Shown here piece by piece: positions 1 through 12,957 of a DNA stretch of 64,000 nt. How positions within the stretch are numbered: the stretch's first letter is position 1; each line of letters starts with the position of its first letter. The translations under genes were made by a program, and so were the position numbers. This DNA comes from Raillietiella orientalis (taxonomy: Eukaryota), in the NCBI GenBank assembly GCA_036172245.1, contig JAYWIR010000001.1, forward strand, positions 8,742,001 to 8,806,000, in the 5' to 3' direction. The notes beneath the pieces are model-generated. The model had not been told where the DNA came from, did no database searches, and saw only the letters and a list, made by a program, of their open reading frames with translations.

Positions 1-238
1 ATCAATCATGCCATGGACAATAAGTTAGTTTTCACTCTTTCAGAATTAATTAAATATACTATATTCAGTTTATCACTTACATAGAAATAACAGGGTCAAC
101 AAATGATCTGATAAGTCAGAGAACCAAAATGTGCACTGTTTGTGATGTCAGTGTAGTATTTGATTCATTGTTCATATTTATGAAACTCAACTCAATAATT
201 CTGCAACTGATGTTTCTCATATATAATAAATGATTCTA

Positions 239-1407
239 TTAATATGCCACCTGTCCTTTCAATGACACAGGGAGTTTAAGCTCTTCTGGACCCAGCAAAT
301 CCTGTAACCTAAGTTCCTGGGAACAATTCAGCTGAGATAATTTGGAAAGATCCAGAGGTACCATGGCAAACACTAGGTATGTAATATAAACTATACCTTT
401 TGGCTTACCTGTTCTGCCTGTACTTGCACTACCAACTACACTGATAGTGACTGATCGTAAAGAGTTTCTTGGACCAGATTCTGCTGAGGAATGCCACTCT
501 GCTGCTTCCTGAGGCTCCTTTTGTTCCAACTGGTGTTTCTTGCGGTGATTTTTGAGACTATGTGGTGTGATAAAAGCCTTAGAGCAGTTAGTTTCTGTGC
601 ATAAGAAAGGACGCTCTCCAGTATGTAATCTCTTATGTACTTTAAGACGATGGCTAGCAGCAAATGCTTTGTTGCAGCCACTGTGTTCACAGCTGGTGGC
701 ATCCATGCCAAAGTGGCAATAAGCTCTCTTACCGAAAAGGTTTTTCTCCTGTATGTGTACGTATATGTTTTCGAAGGTCACTGAGTGTTGTAAAGATCTT
801 CACACAACCACTCTGATCACAGTTGAATGTCAGTCCAGTATGGATCCTTTGGTGTGCACGCAGCCTGCATTCATTCAGAGTTTATTCCACCTGCACAAGC
901 ATTTTTCTACCTGTATAGTGTATTAAATGATTTCTTGCAGCCTCGAGCATCACATTCAAATGGCTTTTGCTGAGCATGAACTCTGACATGGATAGTTAAG
1001 CTGTACTTGGTAAGAAATGCCTTGCCACAGCCCTGCTCCTGACACACAAAAGTGTATTCTCCTCTGTGTGTTTTCTGATGAGTGCGTAAATTCCCTGCAG
1101 TGCTATAACTGCGATTGCAATCTTTGTAATTGCAGTGAAAACGTTTCATGCTTTGCTGTTCTCCTGGCACATCTTGGCTCATAACTGTGATACTTGCATG
1201 TTTTGGGGAATTCAGAATGAGCTCACTACTAGGATTAATTTGCATCTCAATAGCATTAGCACTAATGGTAGGTGATATGTAGCTGCCATATAAGTGACAC
1301 ACACTGCAGAGATCAAATTTGCAACCTTACCCATCTTCTTTATTTTGCCAGAACTGTTCATGGATCAGATCTTGAAAATAATTCGACTCCACCGGATAAC
1401 TGATCAT
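239..1407 (-). CDS. MTF1: Metal-responsive transcription factor 1 (six C2H2 zinc fingers). Exons 1407-1331, 1282-911, 864-733, 692-409, 372-239; about 332 aa; start and C-terminus uncertain
   Basis: Spliced translation contains [60 protein letters not shown] and [11 protein letters not shown], the MTF-1 finger array. GT-AG introns of 48, 46, 40 and 36 nt keep the frame. Confidence 0.92.
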
Positions 1408-3149
1408 TTTTGAAGACTCAAGGTTAATATTTGTGAAATCATCTATAAAGGTCTTTCCTGTGCTTTTGGTTTTTGATAATCTGGGCAACTCTAATTCACA
1501 ACACATTTGCCACAGAAATTACCTTCCAGCTTGAACGTATAGTAAATCAAAATTTGAAAGAAAAACTTCAAATTATTTCTTATCAACAGTTAATGATTCT
1601 TTATCAACGGTATTTATCAACTCACTTTCCAGTATCGCAAAATTCAATAGAGCACACTTCAACTTAACCTAGTTTACAAATATGAGTACTCGATCTTCAC
1701 AAAATTTCACGTATACGACCGAAACTGTGGTATGCAAATCACTTTTCTTGCAAACTAATGGTCAAAAACAATGCATTTGACCTTTCCGGTTAATTAATTT
1801 TGAAACAAGGCAAAATGGGACGTTTACCGATATTTATCGGGCAGCAGGAGATAAAAATTTTAGTTCTTAAGATTACAACCTTATTTTGATCAAATTTATA
1901 TACGAATTTCCATGTGCATCGAGCCACGGTTCCCGCTTTCTGCCGTACTTTCGTTTGGCAGGTGCACCGAATTAGCAATCGACAAGAGCGATTTCCGTAG
2001 TTCTTTGGCACATTTTCAATTGAATTTTTTTTTTTTTTTAATTTTTGTAATTTTGCGAAAATTCGCAATCTAAAATAGTGCTGAAATAATTCAAGTGAGT
2101 TTCATTGAAAACGAAACTTTTCTTCAATCTCTGAAACAAGTAAGGAAAAATGTAGCTAAACCGTAATACCGAAAATTCAACGCGTGTAATTCGAGACCAC
2201 AATTTAAATATTTACGGGAAATCAAATAATATACAAAATTGTATGTACATAAGTCAAATGTAACTACCAATTCAATGCATCAGGAACTTAGGAACCTAAC
2301 CTTCTGTCATTCTTGGATATGCATCGATATTTCCTTTTATTTGAAAAATTGAAAAAAAACATCATGACATAACCATTTAAAACCAAAGCTTGAGACTAAA
2401 TCAAAGACTCGAAAATTTCCATTCAAAGGCACTGTTTGTTGCCTTAAACTCCGATTCAGGTTTCCACACGTTCACACTCGGAAAAGCATTCGTTTAGATA
2501 ACACCAAAATCAAACAAAGAATATCAAAAGCAAGTGTTCTGACATACATGTGCATCGATAAAGTGACTCTGACAGCTTTTTCTTTAAAAAAAATGAGAAT
2601 AAATCTACTATGCGATTACTGATTTGTTCTTCGAATCGAATTATCCAAGCGGTAATTGCGATAGATCACAGAATCTGCTTCTGACTTTCTTTATCTTAAG
2701 TGTCAACAAGATAACAGATAAGATAGCAACTAGGAAACCCAATCGGTAGGAGGAAACCTAAATGTCGAGTATCCCATTAAAATAATCGATTCGAATTGCA
2801 TGTTCTATTATAGATGTAATCAAAAACTATCTCTGAAATTCGTGTACTACTAGTAACGAAGTTAACTGAAATTGATCAAAGTCATCTGATCATGATTTGC
2901 AAATACATGAGTTTCTGCCTAATGTTAGTTCAGTTATCAAGTTATGTGTTAAATCGGTCAAGTTGAATTATTAGTGCATGATTAGGCTAAAATGTATGTG
3001 TTAAAATATGATCAGCTATCCAAGTGTGCATCACATACTCAAATTTATTGGAGAAATTACTTTGCACCTTAAGAATTACAACGAGCAGTGTGACTAAAAT
3101 GAATGGAACTCATGTCTGTTTCCTCATGTCTGATTTCCCACATAAAAGT

Positions 3150-3950
3150 TATCCGTGCAACTGTTGTAACGTTTTTTCGAAAGCAGTGCACGTTGCAGTC
3201 AGCAACCGTCCAATGCCTCCCTGTGGACGTGGAAACAGCTCCAAAGTTCTTCGCGAACGTGCCATGCCTCGACAGAGCACGCTCTTGGACGTTTGCACTC
3301 CACTGGGTGAATTTTTGTGTTTTGAACAGAAAACCCTAGTTTTGCCAGGAGACGAAATTCATTGCATCATCATGTTGAGCCGCAACGGCTTGTACATAGA
3401 CAGCCCTGTTGCTAAGTACCACTTTGCAGATATTCATGAAACAGTAGGTCGTATGCTGTGTTCGCATATTCGAACGATCTACTTCTACGTAGCGGCTCAG
3501 GGAGCATAAGAATGGGTAAGGTAAGGTCATGGTAATGGGTAAGAATGGGTAATAAGGTCTCTTCCTGCCCATTACAAATCGTCAGGAAAAGACCGTTGCC
3601 AGGCGAAGCGTCGCACGGATGGGAAGGCAATCATAAAACAAGCAGTACCTGGGCAATTGATCGTTCTCGAATGGAGAGTAGCTTCTCCACTCAAGGTGGA
3701 AGGTCTCCAGAAATCTAAAGAAAGACAGGATAGTGCCCCAAAATGCAACGGGATTCTATTTACATGATTATTTCTCTCGAAACCAACAGCGACACCAGCA
3801 TGACGCAGCAACTATCAACATGACTGAGCCGAAACTGAACTTTACAGGTGTTTTTGCCGATAACTCAGAGCAGTTAATAGTGGGCTCAGAATGACTGATA
3901 CTTGGAAACATTCGAGTGCTCATCTACTAAGCGTGAGCTACTAAGTGGGA
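3150..3950 (-). mobile_element. Decayed non-LTR (L1/Tx1-like) reverse transcriptase fragment
   Basis: LDFWRPSTL (cf. NWRPISLL) followed by DAMNFVSW (cf. DxxKAFDxVSW), with frameshifts. A short AAGAATGGGTAA tandem repeat sits at about 3508-3555. Confidence 0.45.
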
Positions 3951-5299
3951 CGTAAATTTGGGAAATATGTCGATAATCTTCCAGCGTTTCCCATGAATTC
4001 TCCACAATTCATTTTTGTTCAGGTACCTCAATATTGCCCAGCTCCATCACTTCTGCCTTTATCGAAAATTTAAGTTCTGTTTTTTCCAAAACTTCGACTC
4101 TCACCAAACGGTTAGCACTTTCTTTGTTAGTTAGTGGAGTAATAATCTGCGCTCCATCTAACTTCTATGAGTTCACTTTCCATTTGTTTCTTAAATTAAG
4201 CAAGACAACCAATGGTTTCATACGATCCTCTATTGGAATGGAAACTTCAATAAAGACGTTACCAAAACGCTAGGTGGCTTAACTTGGAACAAGGTGCATA
4301 TTTTAGAGAACTACTCTAAACTCTATATGATGCATTACAAATGTACCAAATCCCCTTGATTTAACTATGAGCACGGTATCACTACCATTTCTATCAGAAC
4401 AGTGTAAACATGGTTCTACTCTTAGCATGAGTTTGAACTCTTTGCACTCAGCTTGGTTTCGACTAGGGCAAAACAAGCTGATTAAAACCTTCCACTACAG
4501 GAAGACTTTTGGTACCGAGGATTCAAATTCACTAGAATTCATTCTCTGAAGGACACTGCGCTACATTTCAAATCAGAAAATCCGATCACTGAATGGATAA
4601 ACGCTGTATATAAAGAATTCAAGTGCAGACTTTTTCAGATAAGATAAGTGTGATCTTCACCCCATGTTCCTATAAATACCTATCTCTCAGGTCTCGATAC
4701 AGTCTTTCGAAGAAACTAATCAAGACTGACTTAAAAGAACCCAAAATTATGCGGAGGCCCCATGTAAGAACAGTCGATTCCTTAAAAACGAAAATAAGCT
4801 CAATCTGTATTTGTATCTAAGATGCTAAAAATGATGTAACATCCTAAAAAAAAAAAAAAAAACTATTCGAATTTCCTTACTTTTTATTATTCACTGCACT
4901 CTTACTATTTGTGCGAAAGACAACGAAAGACTTATTACTTGAAATCATCCTTTGCTTGCAAGTGAAGCGGCAGCATTCGTTCGTCGTGCGTATCTGAATC
5001 AAAGACAAAATACTAACTCTGATTACTCGAAAGAAGTAACTCACAGTCAACGAGCCCTGGTAGAGTAAAGAGCAAGTGTTTCAACGCTACAGAAAAGGAG
5101 TCGCGATATTCTGTAGCCCGAATCAGACAAGAGCAGAGTTTAGTCAAAGCTCACGATTTTCGTCGTGTATCACCAAAGCACGCGACTTGTTTTCCTTATG
5201 GGGAAAGTACCAGAGTTGTGGGGAGGATTTGTTTCTCAAGATTTGGAGTCAAAGTCTATCCTTTATATTGCCATTTGATATCTTACATTGCAGCTGAAT

Positions 5300-6230
5300 G
5301 GATGTGCGTTGCCATCATAGAAGCATTGTAGAACGCACATGGCACCCGACTCTACAGCGGACAGGACACGCGCGCCGCAGGCGACAGGTTTCTCGGCTAC
5401 CATCCCTCTGCGACAGATCTCCTACCTCTTTGCAATTCACAGGCTTTTTTAAAAAAAAAAAATTGTTTTTTTAAAGTTTTTTTTGGGGTTTTCTATCTTT
5501 TGGTTCGACAAGTGCCTAAGAACCGTTCTCCTCCTTAGGGGACCCCACAGTGCTCTTTAACACTGTCCACGCCACCCGAGGATGCGTATAACTCTTCAAG
5601 TTATAGGGGATGCCCCAGAAGAGGACCACTCTATGAATCCAGGAAGGCTCCAGAGGAAGGAGTCCGTTCCTCTTACGCCTGGGAGCCTCTTGTTCTCCCC
5701 GGAGGAATCCCCTGGAAAGGGACTGCTCCTTTGTTTCTTCTCCGGAGGAAATTCGAAAGGAAATCTCCTTGTCTCTTCCTCTGAGAACCCCGAAGAGACG
5801 CTTCCTGGTTTCTCTGAAGGGCACTTCCCGAAGAGGAATGAAGACAATACCAACCTCTGGGGTAGCTCTCCTCCAGAGAGACAACTCCAAAGGCAGGTAT
5901 CAACCAGCTCCACGGTACGTGGTCGCCCCCCTCCATCCCGACGGCTTTTACCAGTGCCGCACCTGAAGCCTATAAGTCATCCAGCGTCGTCCTGCGGGGA
6001 AGACTTGAAACCCATGATGCACCCATTTCTTGGCATCGATCCTTCCCCGGGTAGGATTGGAACCCGCAACGCTTGGTGCCACTCGCGTAGTCTGCAGCTT
6101 GTTTCCGGCTTTCGTCGATCACCGGCTCATTGAAGAGCCTTCCTGGTGTTGCCTATCGCGGCAACAGACACACCGTCGGGCAGAGCAGTCTGTGCCCAGA
6201 TTTCCATCGGCTCCGTCCACCCAGAAGCCA
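5300..6230 (-). mobile_element. Decayed L1/Tx1-like fragment: ORF1 end, A-rich spacer and start of the endonuclease
   Basis: Nucleotide similarity by eye to 60000-60300 (same strand) and to 49940-50140 and 46650-47050 (opposite strand). MCVLQ after the spacer resembles the APE motif DIICLQE. Confidence 0.6.
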
Positions 6231-6238
6231 TTCATAAT

Positions 6239-6439
<201 letters not shown>

Positions 6440-6449
6440 TGAACACGCG

Positions 6450-7200
6450 TCAGTACAAGAGGTTGTGCAAACCTTGGCAGCAAGACAGATATTCATTCAA
6501 AAGGGTTTGTGAGTATCATCAAACCACAAGCTAACACAAGAGGAGACTCCATCGCATTCTTGACAGTCCTCTCCAATGAGCGTTACATTTAGATTACTCG
6601 AGATTAAGAACGATCTAGCAGACATCTGTCGTTAAGCTTGCTCTCAATATGTCCTCTTCAGCAATCAGTTACACGATTTAAGCTGACAAAGGAACAGTGG
6701 ATTCAGGTCTCATTGATGGCAGGAGACACGGTTTGGGAAAAGGATGGGGGATGGATGATGCTAGAGTGTCATGATCATGTGAAAGCTACTTTCAACAGTT
6801 ATATTGGTGGTTCGTTCCAGTTTGCAAGAAGTTCACATACCATCCTGTTTCTATCAAACACTTCTAATTCAGTCAGCTTGTTCTTCCTTCACCTCAGCAA
6901 GGTGCAGACATCCGCCCCGGAATTCTTGTGCAAATTCTATATTTTTTCCTGAGATGAATCAGCTTTCTCTGCAGACTGTCATTTCGAAAGAACTTGGTTT
7001 GCTCTGACTTCCATCAACCTTTGCCCTTTCTGTTGCAAACCGGAGATGTTGGAAGCATCGCAACTTCTCCATTCCCTCAGCTCTTATTCAGGTGTTTTCA
7101 GTGCTCGGAACCGAAGCGTTTTCTGAATCTTTCGCTCAGTTTCGAATGTCAGCTGCCACATTGCACTGGTGGCTGCTCCCTCCTCACTCTTCCTTTGCTT
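6450..7200 (-). mobile_element. Decayed L1/Tx1-like ORF2 fragment (region after the endonuclease)
   Basis: EKGKG*WKS near 7010-7035 matches the GxGxWKLN motif. Many stops. Confidence 0.35.
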
Positions 7201-10200
7201 CAGGAATCAGGCATGCTGTGTGGGGAAATCCAACAGGTTTGAAGGTAGAGGGGAATATGTGAAAATGGGGAACATTAAAGAACGAAGGCGTAACTTGGCA
7301 AAGAAAGAATGTGGAAATCCCAAAAATTGGTGATGGTAGCCGTTGCCGACTTCCATATGTGCCTCATGTGTGCGGGAAACAATCCCCGGGGAGCCATGAC
7401 TACCTATGTGTTCATGGATTGCATCCCTTAGGGTAGAAATGAATTTCATCACTGTGCCATGCATACCGACGACCATGTCTGTCCACATAGGAATCCTTTT
7501 TCATTGATACATCCACTTTTCTGAGAACATGGTCTGGACATGCGATGTGGTGTGATTGAAGGGCGTTCTTCAAGCATTTCATGCACTGATATCATCAATC
7601 CAATTTGACCGGATTCTCATTGGGATATTGCTTCCTACTGCATCTATTAGCAGCAGTAGCTATTTTACAATATTCACATCAAGGCTTTCTCTTCCTGAGC
7701 CTATTTTGAATGAATTTCTCTGAAATATGCTGATTTCGTTTTTCTCTGCTTTCACAGCCGAGTTCGCCATGCGTGAAATTCCCGTAATGTGATCTGTAAA
7801 AGTAAACGATAAAATGCCACTTGCATATCCTGTGCTTAATTTGCGGTCTGACAAACATACACAATATGTTGGTGTCTTATTATTGAATATGTGCTTGCAA
7901 TTAGCAAGGTTTTTCCATCTATTACTGATCTACAATAACTTGGTTTGCCTCTCGTTATAATCATAGGCATTTGGGAAATCAGTTTAAATAAGAAAATTTT
8001 TTAGAGAAAGCACAATTCAGGCGGAATGTTTCCTCATTTGTTTGAGTGTTTTCTCGAGCACTGCAACATGATGAAAGAAAAGCTAATTTTTACTTCGGAA
8101 GTTATTCGGTTCTCAACTAAGAAAGTTTTTCTTGGTATATTCTTTAATCTCAATTGTATTTCTAGAAGGAAGCTAATTAGTATATATGTACATGTTAGTT
8201 GGCACATTAACAACTGGACGATTGTAATATTTAGGGGAACTAGAACGAACTTGATTGAAATATTATCAAGATTTTCAGCAATCAACAGACAGTTACACAT
8301 TTTCTGCTTCCTGATAATAATACGTTTCAATGAAGGATTCAATTTCCTAAGACAACGTACTTTGAAAGGAATGTCTTTCTAAATCAAAGCTAACGAATAA
8401 GGAATCTATTGTCATTCTCATTTGTGAATATTTTCGTGTTGTTTCAATGAGAAGATATTTTATGCTTTATCTTTACCTGTAGCAATGATATGTAAAACAC
8501 GATAATATAGGACAATATGAAATATTAGAATAAGTGTTATCAAGAGAAATTTACTGTCTGCAATAGTGTTGATCTGCATAATAATTTTGGAGGCTTCGTT
8601 TTTGTGAAATCTCTTTAATAACCGATAAAACCTCAATCAACATTCAAACAAAAAGAACAGTACTTGATCAAAGCATTTTAAATAACGAGTATGGGAATGT
8701 GTCCAAAGGCAGACGAACTGTTTCTAGAAAATGCTATCAATAGTTTTGAGGGAAACTCTGAACTGCTGAATAGAAAATTAGAATTGCGATCAGAAACAGC
8801 TGAAAAATCCTGCATTCTTAGAAACCAAAAAGGTCATTTATGCCTTCTTTATGGTTTCCTGCTTTCAAAGTCAAAAACAGTCAGTCGAACTTCACAGTAC
8901 GGGATCGCGGTTTTGATTTCAGTGGTTTTAGCCCTAAATGACATCTGATCCCTAGTCACGTTCCGGATGATTTCATCTGTTTCAAAATTTTGGTAAATGG
9001 GTTACAAAATTACGTTCCGTTTCCAAAAGTTCGTCTTCCTTTTTAAAATAAACTGTCGCTTGGAAATTTTGTTTAAACTGTCATTAAATTGAGAGGACTG
9101 AAGAAAGGATACCTATGTTGAAATCTGTTGCTTGCTTGCTACGGAAGGTATTCCTCGAGTCAATATATAAAAAAAAAGAAAAGTAAAGAAATGCCAATAT
9201 GCAAATTTCTAAATAACATAGAAAACAATGAATTATATCAATGCTATTAATATTTTTAGTCAGACAAAACAAGCGATTAAAGAAAATAATTACAGCATCT
9301 AAAGGTTAATTTGTATAGAATTTCATGTATAAGATCTGCACTGAAACAGTTATTTCCTGAGCTCTATTTTTCTTAAAGTCTCCATTTCTGATGATCATTT
9401 GCGAAGTACTCAATATTGTCCTTAGAAAGCCATCATGGTTTAGGCCTCCCAAATTTCTTCAGAGTACCTGAATCCCCAGAATTAAACAGATGTACTTAAT
9501 TTATTTCTTTTCCTTCACACTTCAGTAAACTATGGTAAAGCTATTGAGAAGTAAGTAGGACCAAGATCTTTTCGTTACAGCGAATGATAAACAGTTCATG
9601 AGCTTAGAGCGATCAGCCTGAACATATTAAGGTGGTTGAAATGTGAATATGTTTTGTGAATAACCTTTTTTGTCATACATGAACCTGTATTTGAATACCG
9701 ATTGACTTTCTACGTTGATTCTGAGACTGTTCATTCAAGAGAAATTTCTTCGTTAGCTAGAGAATACCAGGATAGCTTGAGAATACAGCTATAAATTAGT
9801 CCGATGAAAATATTTAAATTCTTCGATTTTTCCAAACATTGAGACTTTAATGATTTGCTTTTGAGGTAATACATTTTAGAGAGTGATAGCGAACACTTTC
9901 GTACATACTGTGAGTACCTAGTGAATATTTGATTCCTGGTATACATTTTGTAAAAAATCTGCTATGAATTTATTTTAGACTTAATCTCTCAGAGCAGTGC
10001 CATACATCTGTGATGAAAGGTTGGCTTCCGACGACTTTCATTCATTCACATATTTAAAAGTCCGTTTTCAGAATTATTTTTAAATATAATTTTCAATCAA
10101 TTTCATTAAGTTTCAAATCTTAGCTTAAACATAGACTATGTTGCACTATCTCGTATAATTTTGTGAGGGGTAATTCCAGCTGATGAATGTCGAAAATTAT

Positions 10201-11014
10201 TGTGGTGCAATAAACGGATTCAGATGTTTTGGTCGCCTGCATAAACAGGTCGTTTTGCGTGCAGGGGTATTGGGTAGATGCAAGATACTTACTGCCCCAT
10301 GTGCAGCCAGGGTATGAATTAGGTATGGTTACGCAGGGAATCTTACTGTGACAAAAGCATTTCATTTTCTAAAAACTTATAATTTCGAGAGGCGATCTCG
10401 ATTTGACAGTGATTCAAAGTGTGTCTTTTTTGTTTTTCATGTGCAACACATGTTTTATACATTTTAGCATGCTAGATACGGTTCACCATCATTGCGAGCC
10501 TAGAATAATGAAAAAAAAAAATCCATTCTGTGGTTATGAATAGGATCGAAGAACGAGAATGCCCCTAACGCATTGTGTTTAATTTTTGTTGCTGATCAAG
10601 CTAATGAGTTTCTTAGCTATAGTATGAATGTAAATCAATTTTTTGCTGCCGAAGTGTATACATCGTAAAGCTAATGTGAAGTGAACTCCGCCGGTTTGGT
10701 CAACCATGCACTTTCTTCAGTCATGTTTAATTAGTATTATGTAATTTGTGGGTGTCTTCTCATGAAAATTGAGAAAAATTTTTCCTCCAGGAAATTGCAT
10801 TTTTGTATAATTATGTCATTTGTATAGGTGTATATAATTCACTGTTGTGCCACATTATGTAAGGGTTTATTTGTAGATGAGAATATTTGAAATTTATGTG
10901 ATGGAGAAAATTATGTAAATTAAACTACCAAGGGAGAAAATTCTCAAGGTTGTTAATGCAGTGGAGTGGATTTGTGGTTTATGCTAATGTGGGTATCTTC
11001 ATAGATTGGCAGCT

Positions 11015-12054
11015 ATGGGCCAAACTGGGAATATGAGAGAGCGTAGCAAAGGGCGTTTTCCTTTTCCTGCACATGATGAACATGCATCAAGTGAATGTCA
11101 TGTAGTGATCAAACCCAAGCTTGATATTGATGACCTTGTGCCTTGTGTGCAACACCTTTTCATGGTATTAGTATGCTTTATACACGATAGGATTAGGATT
11201 GAATGTCCAGAATGAAGATGAAAAACGGGAATTAGAAAAACCTATAGAAAGGCCAAGAGCCTCCACTATATCTGGCACTCTTGGAAGTGAAAAGTTAGTG
11301 CCAACCATGTTCAAATGGGAAGCTAAGGCTAATGAAGTGTATGTCAGTGGCTCTTTTAACCAATGGAATTTAATACCATTGATTAAAAGGTTAGTCCAAA
11401 GTTTTTGCGAAAAGTGCTCTTTTTGTTTGTTTTTTAGTAATGGTGAATTTGTTGTCATTATTGAGTTACCAGAAGGTGAACATCAATATAAGTACCTAGT
11501 TGATGATCAGTGGATGCATGACAAGAATGAGGTAAGAAGATATGCATGAAATAGGAAACATGTGCTTGCAGCCTTGTGTAGATAATGATCAAGGGAGTAA
11601 AAATAATATTGTTCATGTGAGGAAATCAGATTTTGAAGTCTTTGAAGCACTGGCAATTGACAGTGTGAGCACCACTAGTTCTTCAGGTGAAGCATAAATC
11701 AACGAGTTCTTTATTTCTGCTTTAGTTAATCATATGTCTGGCTCTCCTTCCGGAGAGTATACACAGGAATTACCTTCAGTGAAACCTTGGGACAAACCAT
11801 TGAGTCCTCCTATTTTGCCACCTCATCTGCTCCAAGTCATTCTTAATAAGGATACTCCTCTCTCGGTAATTCTTTTGTGATTAGTTTATTATTAAATTTG
11901 CCTTCAGTGTGAACCCACCCTGCTCCCTGAACCTAACCATGTGATGCTTAACCATCTTTATGCATTGTCCATTAAAGAAGGAGTCATGGTGCTGAGTGCT
12001 ACACATCGTTTTCGTAAGAAGTATGTTACAACTCTCTTATACAAACCTATTTGA
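11015..12054 (+). CDS. PRKAB: AMP-activated protein kinase beta subunit. Exons 11015-11164, 11211-11389, 11438-11531, 11572-11686, 11726-11865, 11908-12054
   Basis: N-terminal MG, glycogen-binding domain (VYVSGSFNQW, LPEGEHQYKYLVDDQWMHD) and C-terminal PPILPPHLLQVILN, LLPEPNHVMLNHLYALSIK, RFRKKYVTTLLYKPI. Five GT-AG introns of 39-48 nt. Confidence 0.97.
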
Positions 12055-12957
12055 TCTCGACATTGGTAATCTCATTGATCATTAATGATTTCTTGAAAGC
12101 AAGTCCTAGCAAATTATTAATGGGATGTTGAGAATAGTGTAACAGAGATTTAAGCTCATTTATTTCTTGTACCAATTTTTTTTTCACCTGCAAAACAAGA
12201 AATAATGCAGAAATTTTTATTTCTTTTTTTACCTCAGTTTTTTTCTCTGCAGTTTCCAATAAAGTTTCACTATCATCTACGTATGGGAAATTCAATATCG
12301 TCTTCACAAAATATGAAGACGTCAATTTCTGAACCCAAAATATCTAAATGCTTACAAAGAGTGCTTACAATTTGCTCATATGACAAAGATAGGTGCTTAT
12401 TTCTGTACTTAAGACATTTCTCTTTCATTGCATGCCGTTGTTTTCCAATATCTATTCTTATATTCTCATTTTCTATGAATGCAATCATAAGAGGGCACTT
12501 CCGGGATGCTGTTAAGTCTTTAATTGCTTATAGTCCAGAAAGTAAAATTCACTCACTTGAATCCTTAACTTCAATATTATGCAGTGAAAAAGCCAGTACA
12601 CCCAACTGATACTTCAGATGCTAATGTGAGAAATATAAAGTTATTGCATAAGTGCAGAACAGTGAAGATTTCAAGATATATAATTAGCCTCACAGAAATC
12701 ATATACACCATAAGGAATCTGTTTATCGTCCAGTGGAACACTTCTATCATATGGCACAAATAACGCTAAATTATGAAAACATTCCACGCAGAAAATTGGA
12801 AAAATTCTTGCGTAATCAAAAATATGCATTCAGTAATTACCTTTAAAAATACACTTTTTGAAGCATGCATACTTTCTTCGCATACATCTAAATCGGCAAC
12901 TGCAAAAGCTTGTTCAATTGCTGAACACAGGTCCAGAGGTTCCGGAAAATCAGACAT
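12047..12957 (-). CDS. Spliced 204-aa protein, possibly VPS9D1 N-terminal-like with no VPS9 domain. Exons 12957-12841, 12765-12709, 12620-12557, 12508-12369, 12328-12233, 12187-12047
   Basis: Six exons joined by GT-AG introns with all phases consistent. LCSAIEQAFAVADLD, PLMIAFIENENI and LLHYSQHPINNLL resemble VPS9D1 segments as I recall them; family assignment unverified. Confidence 0.65.

Noticed and set aside
7660..9950. Possible gene or pseudogene between the TE relics and AMPK beta
   Set aside because: Frames are interrupted by stops; no consistent splice model or recognisable motif.
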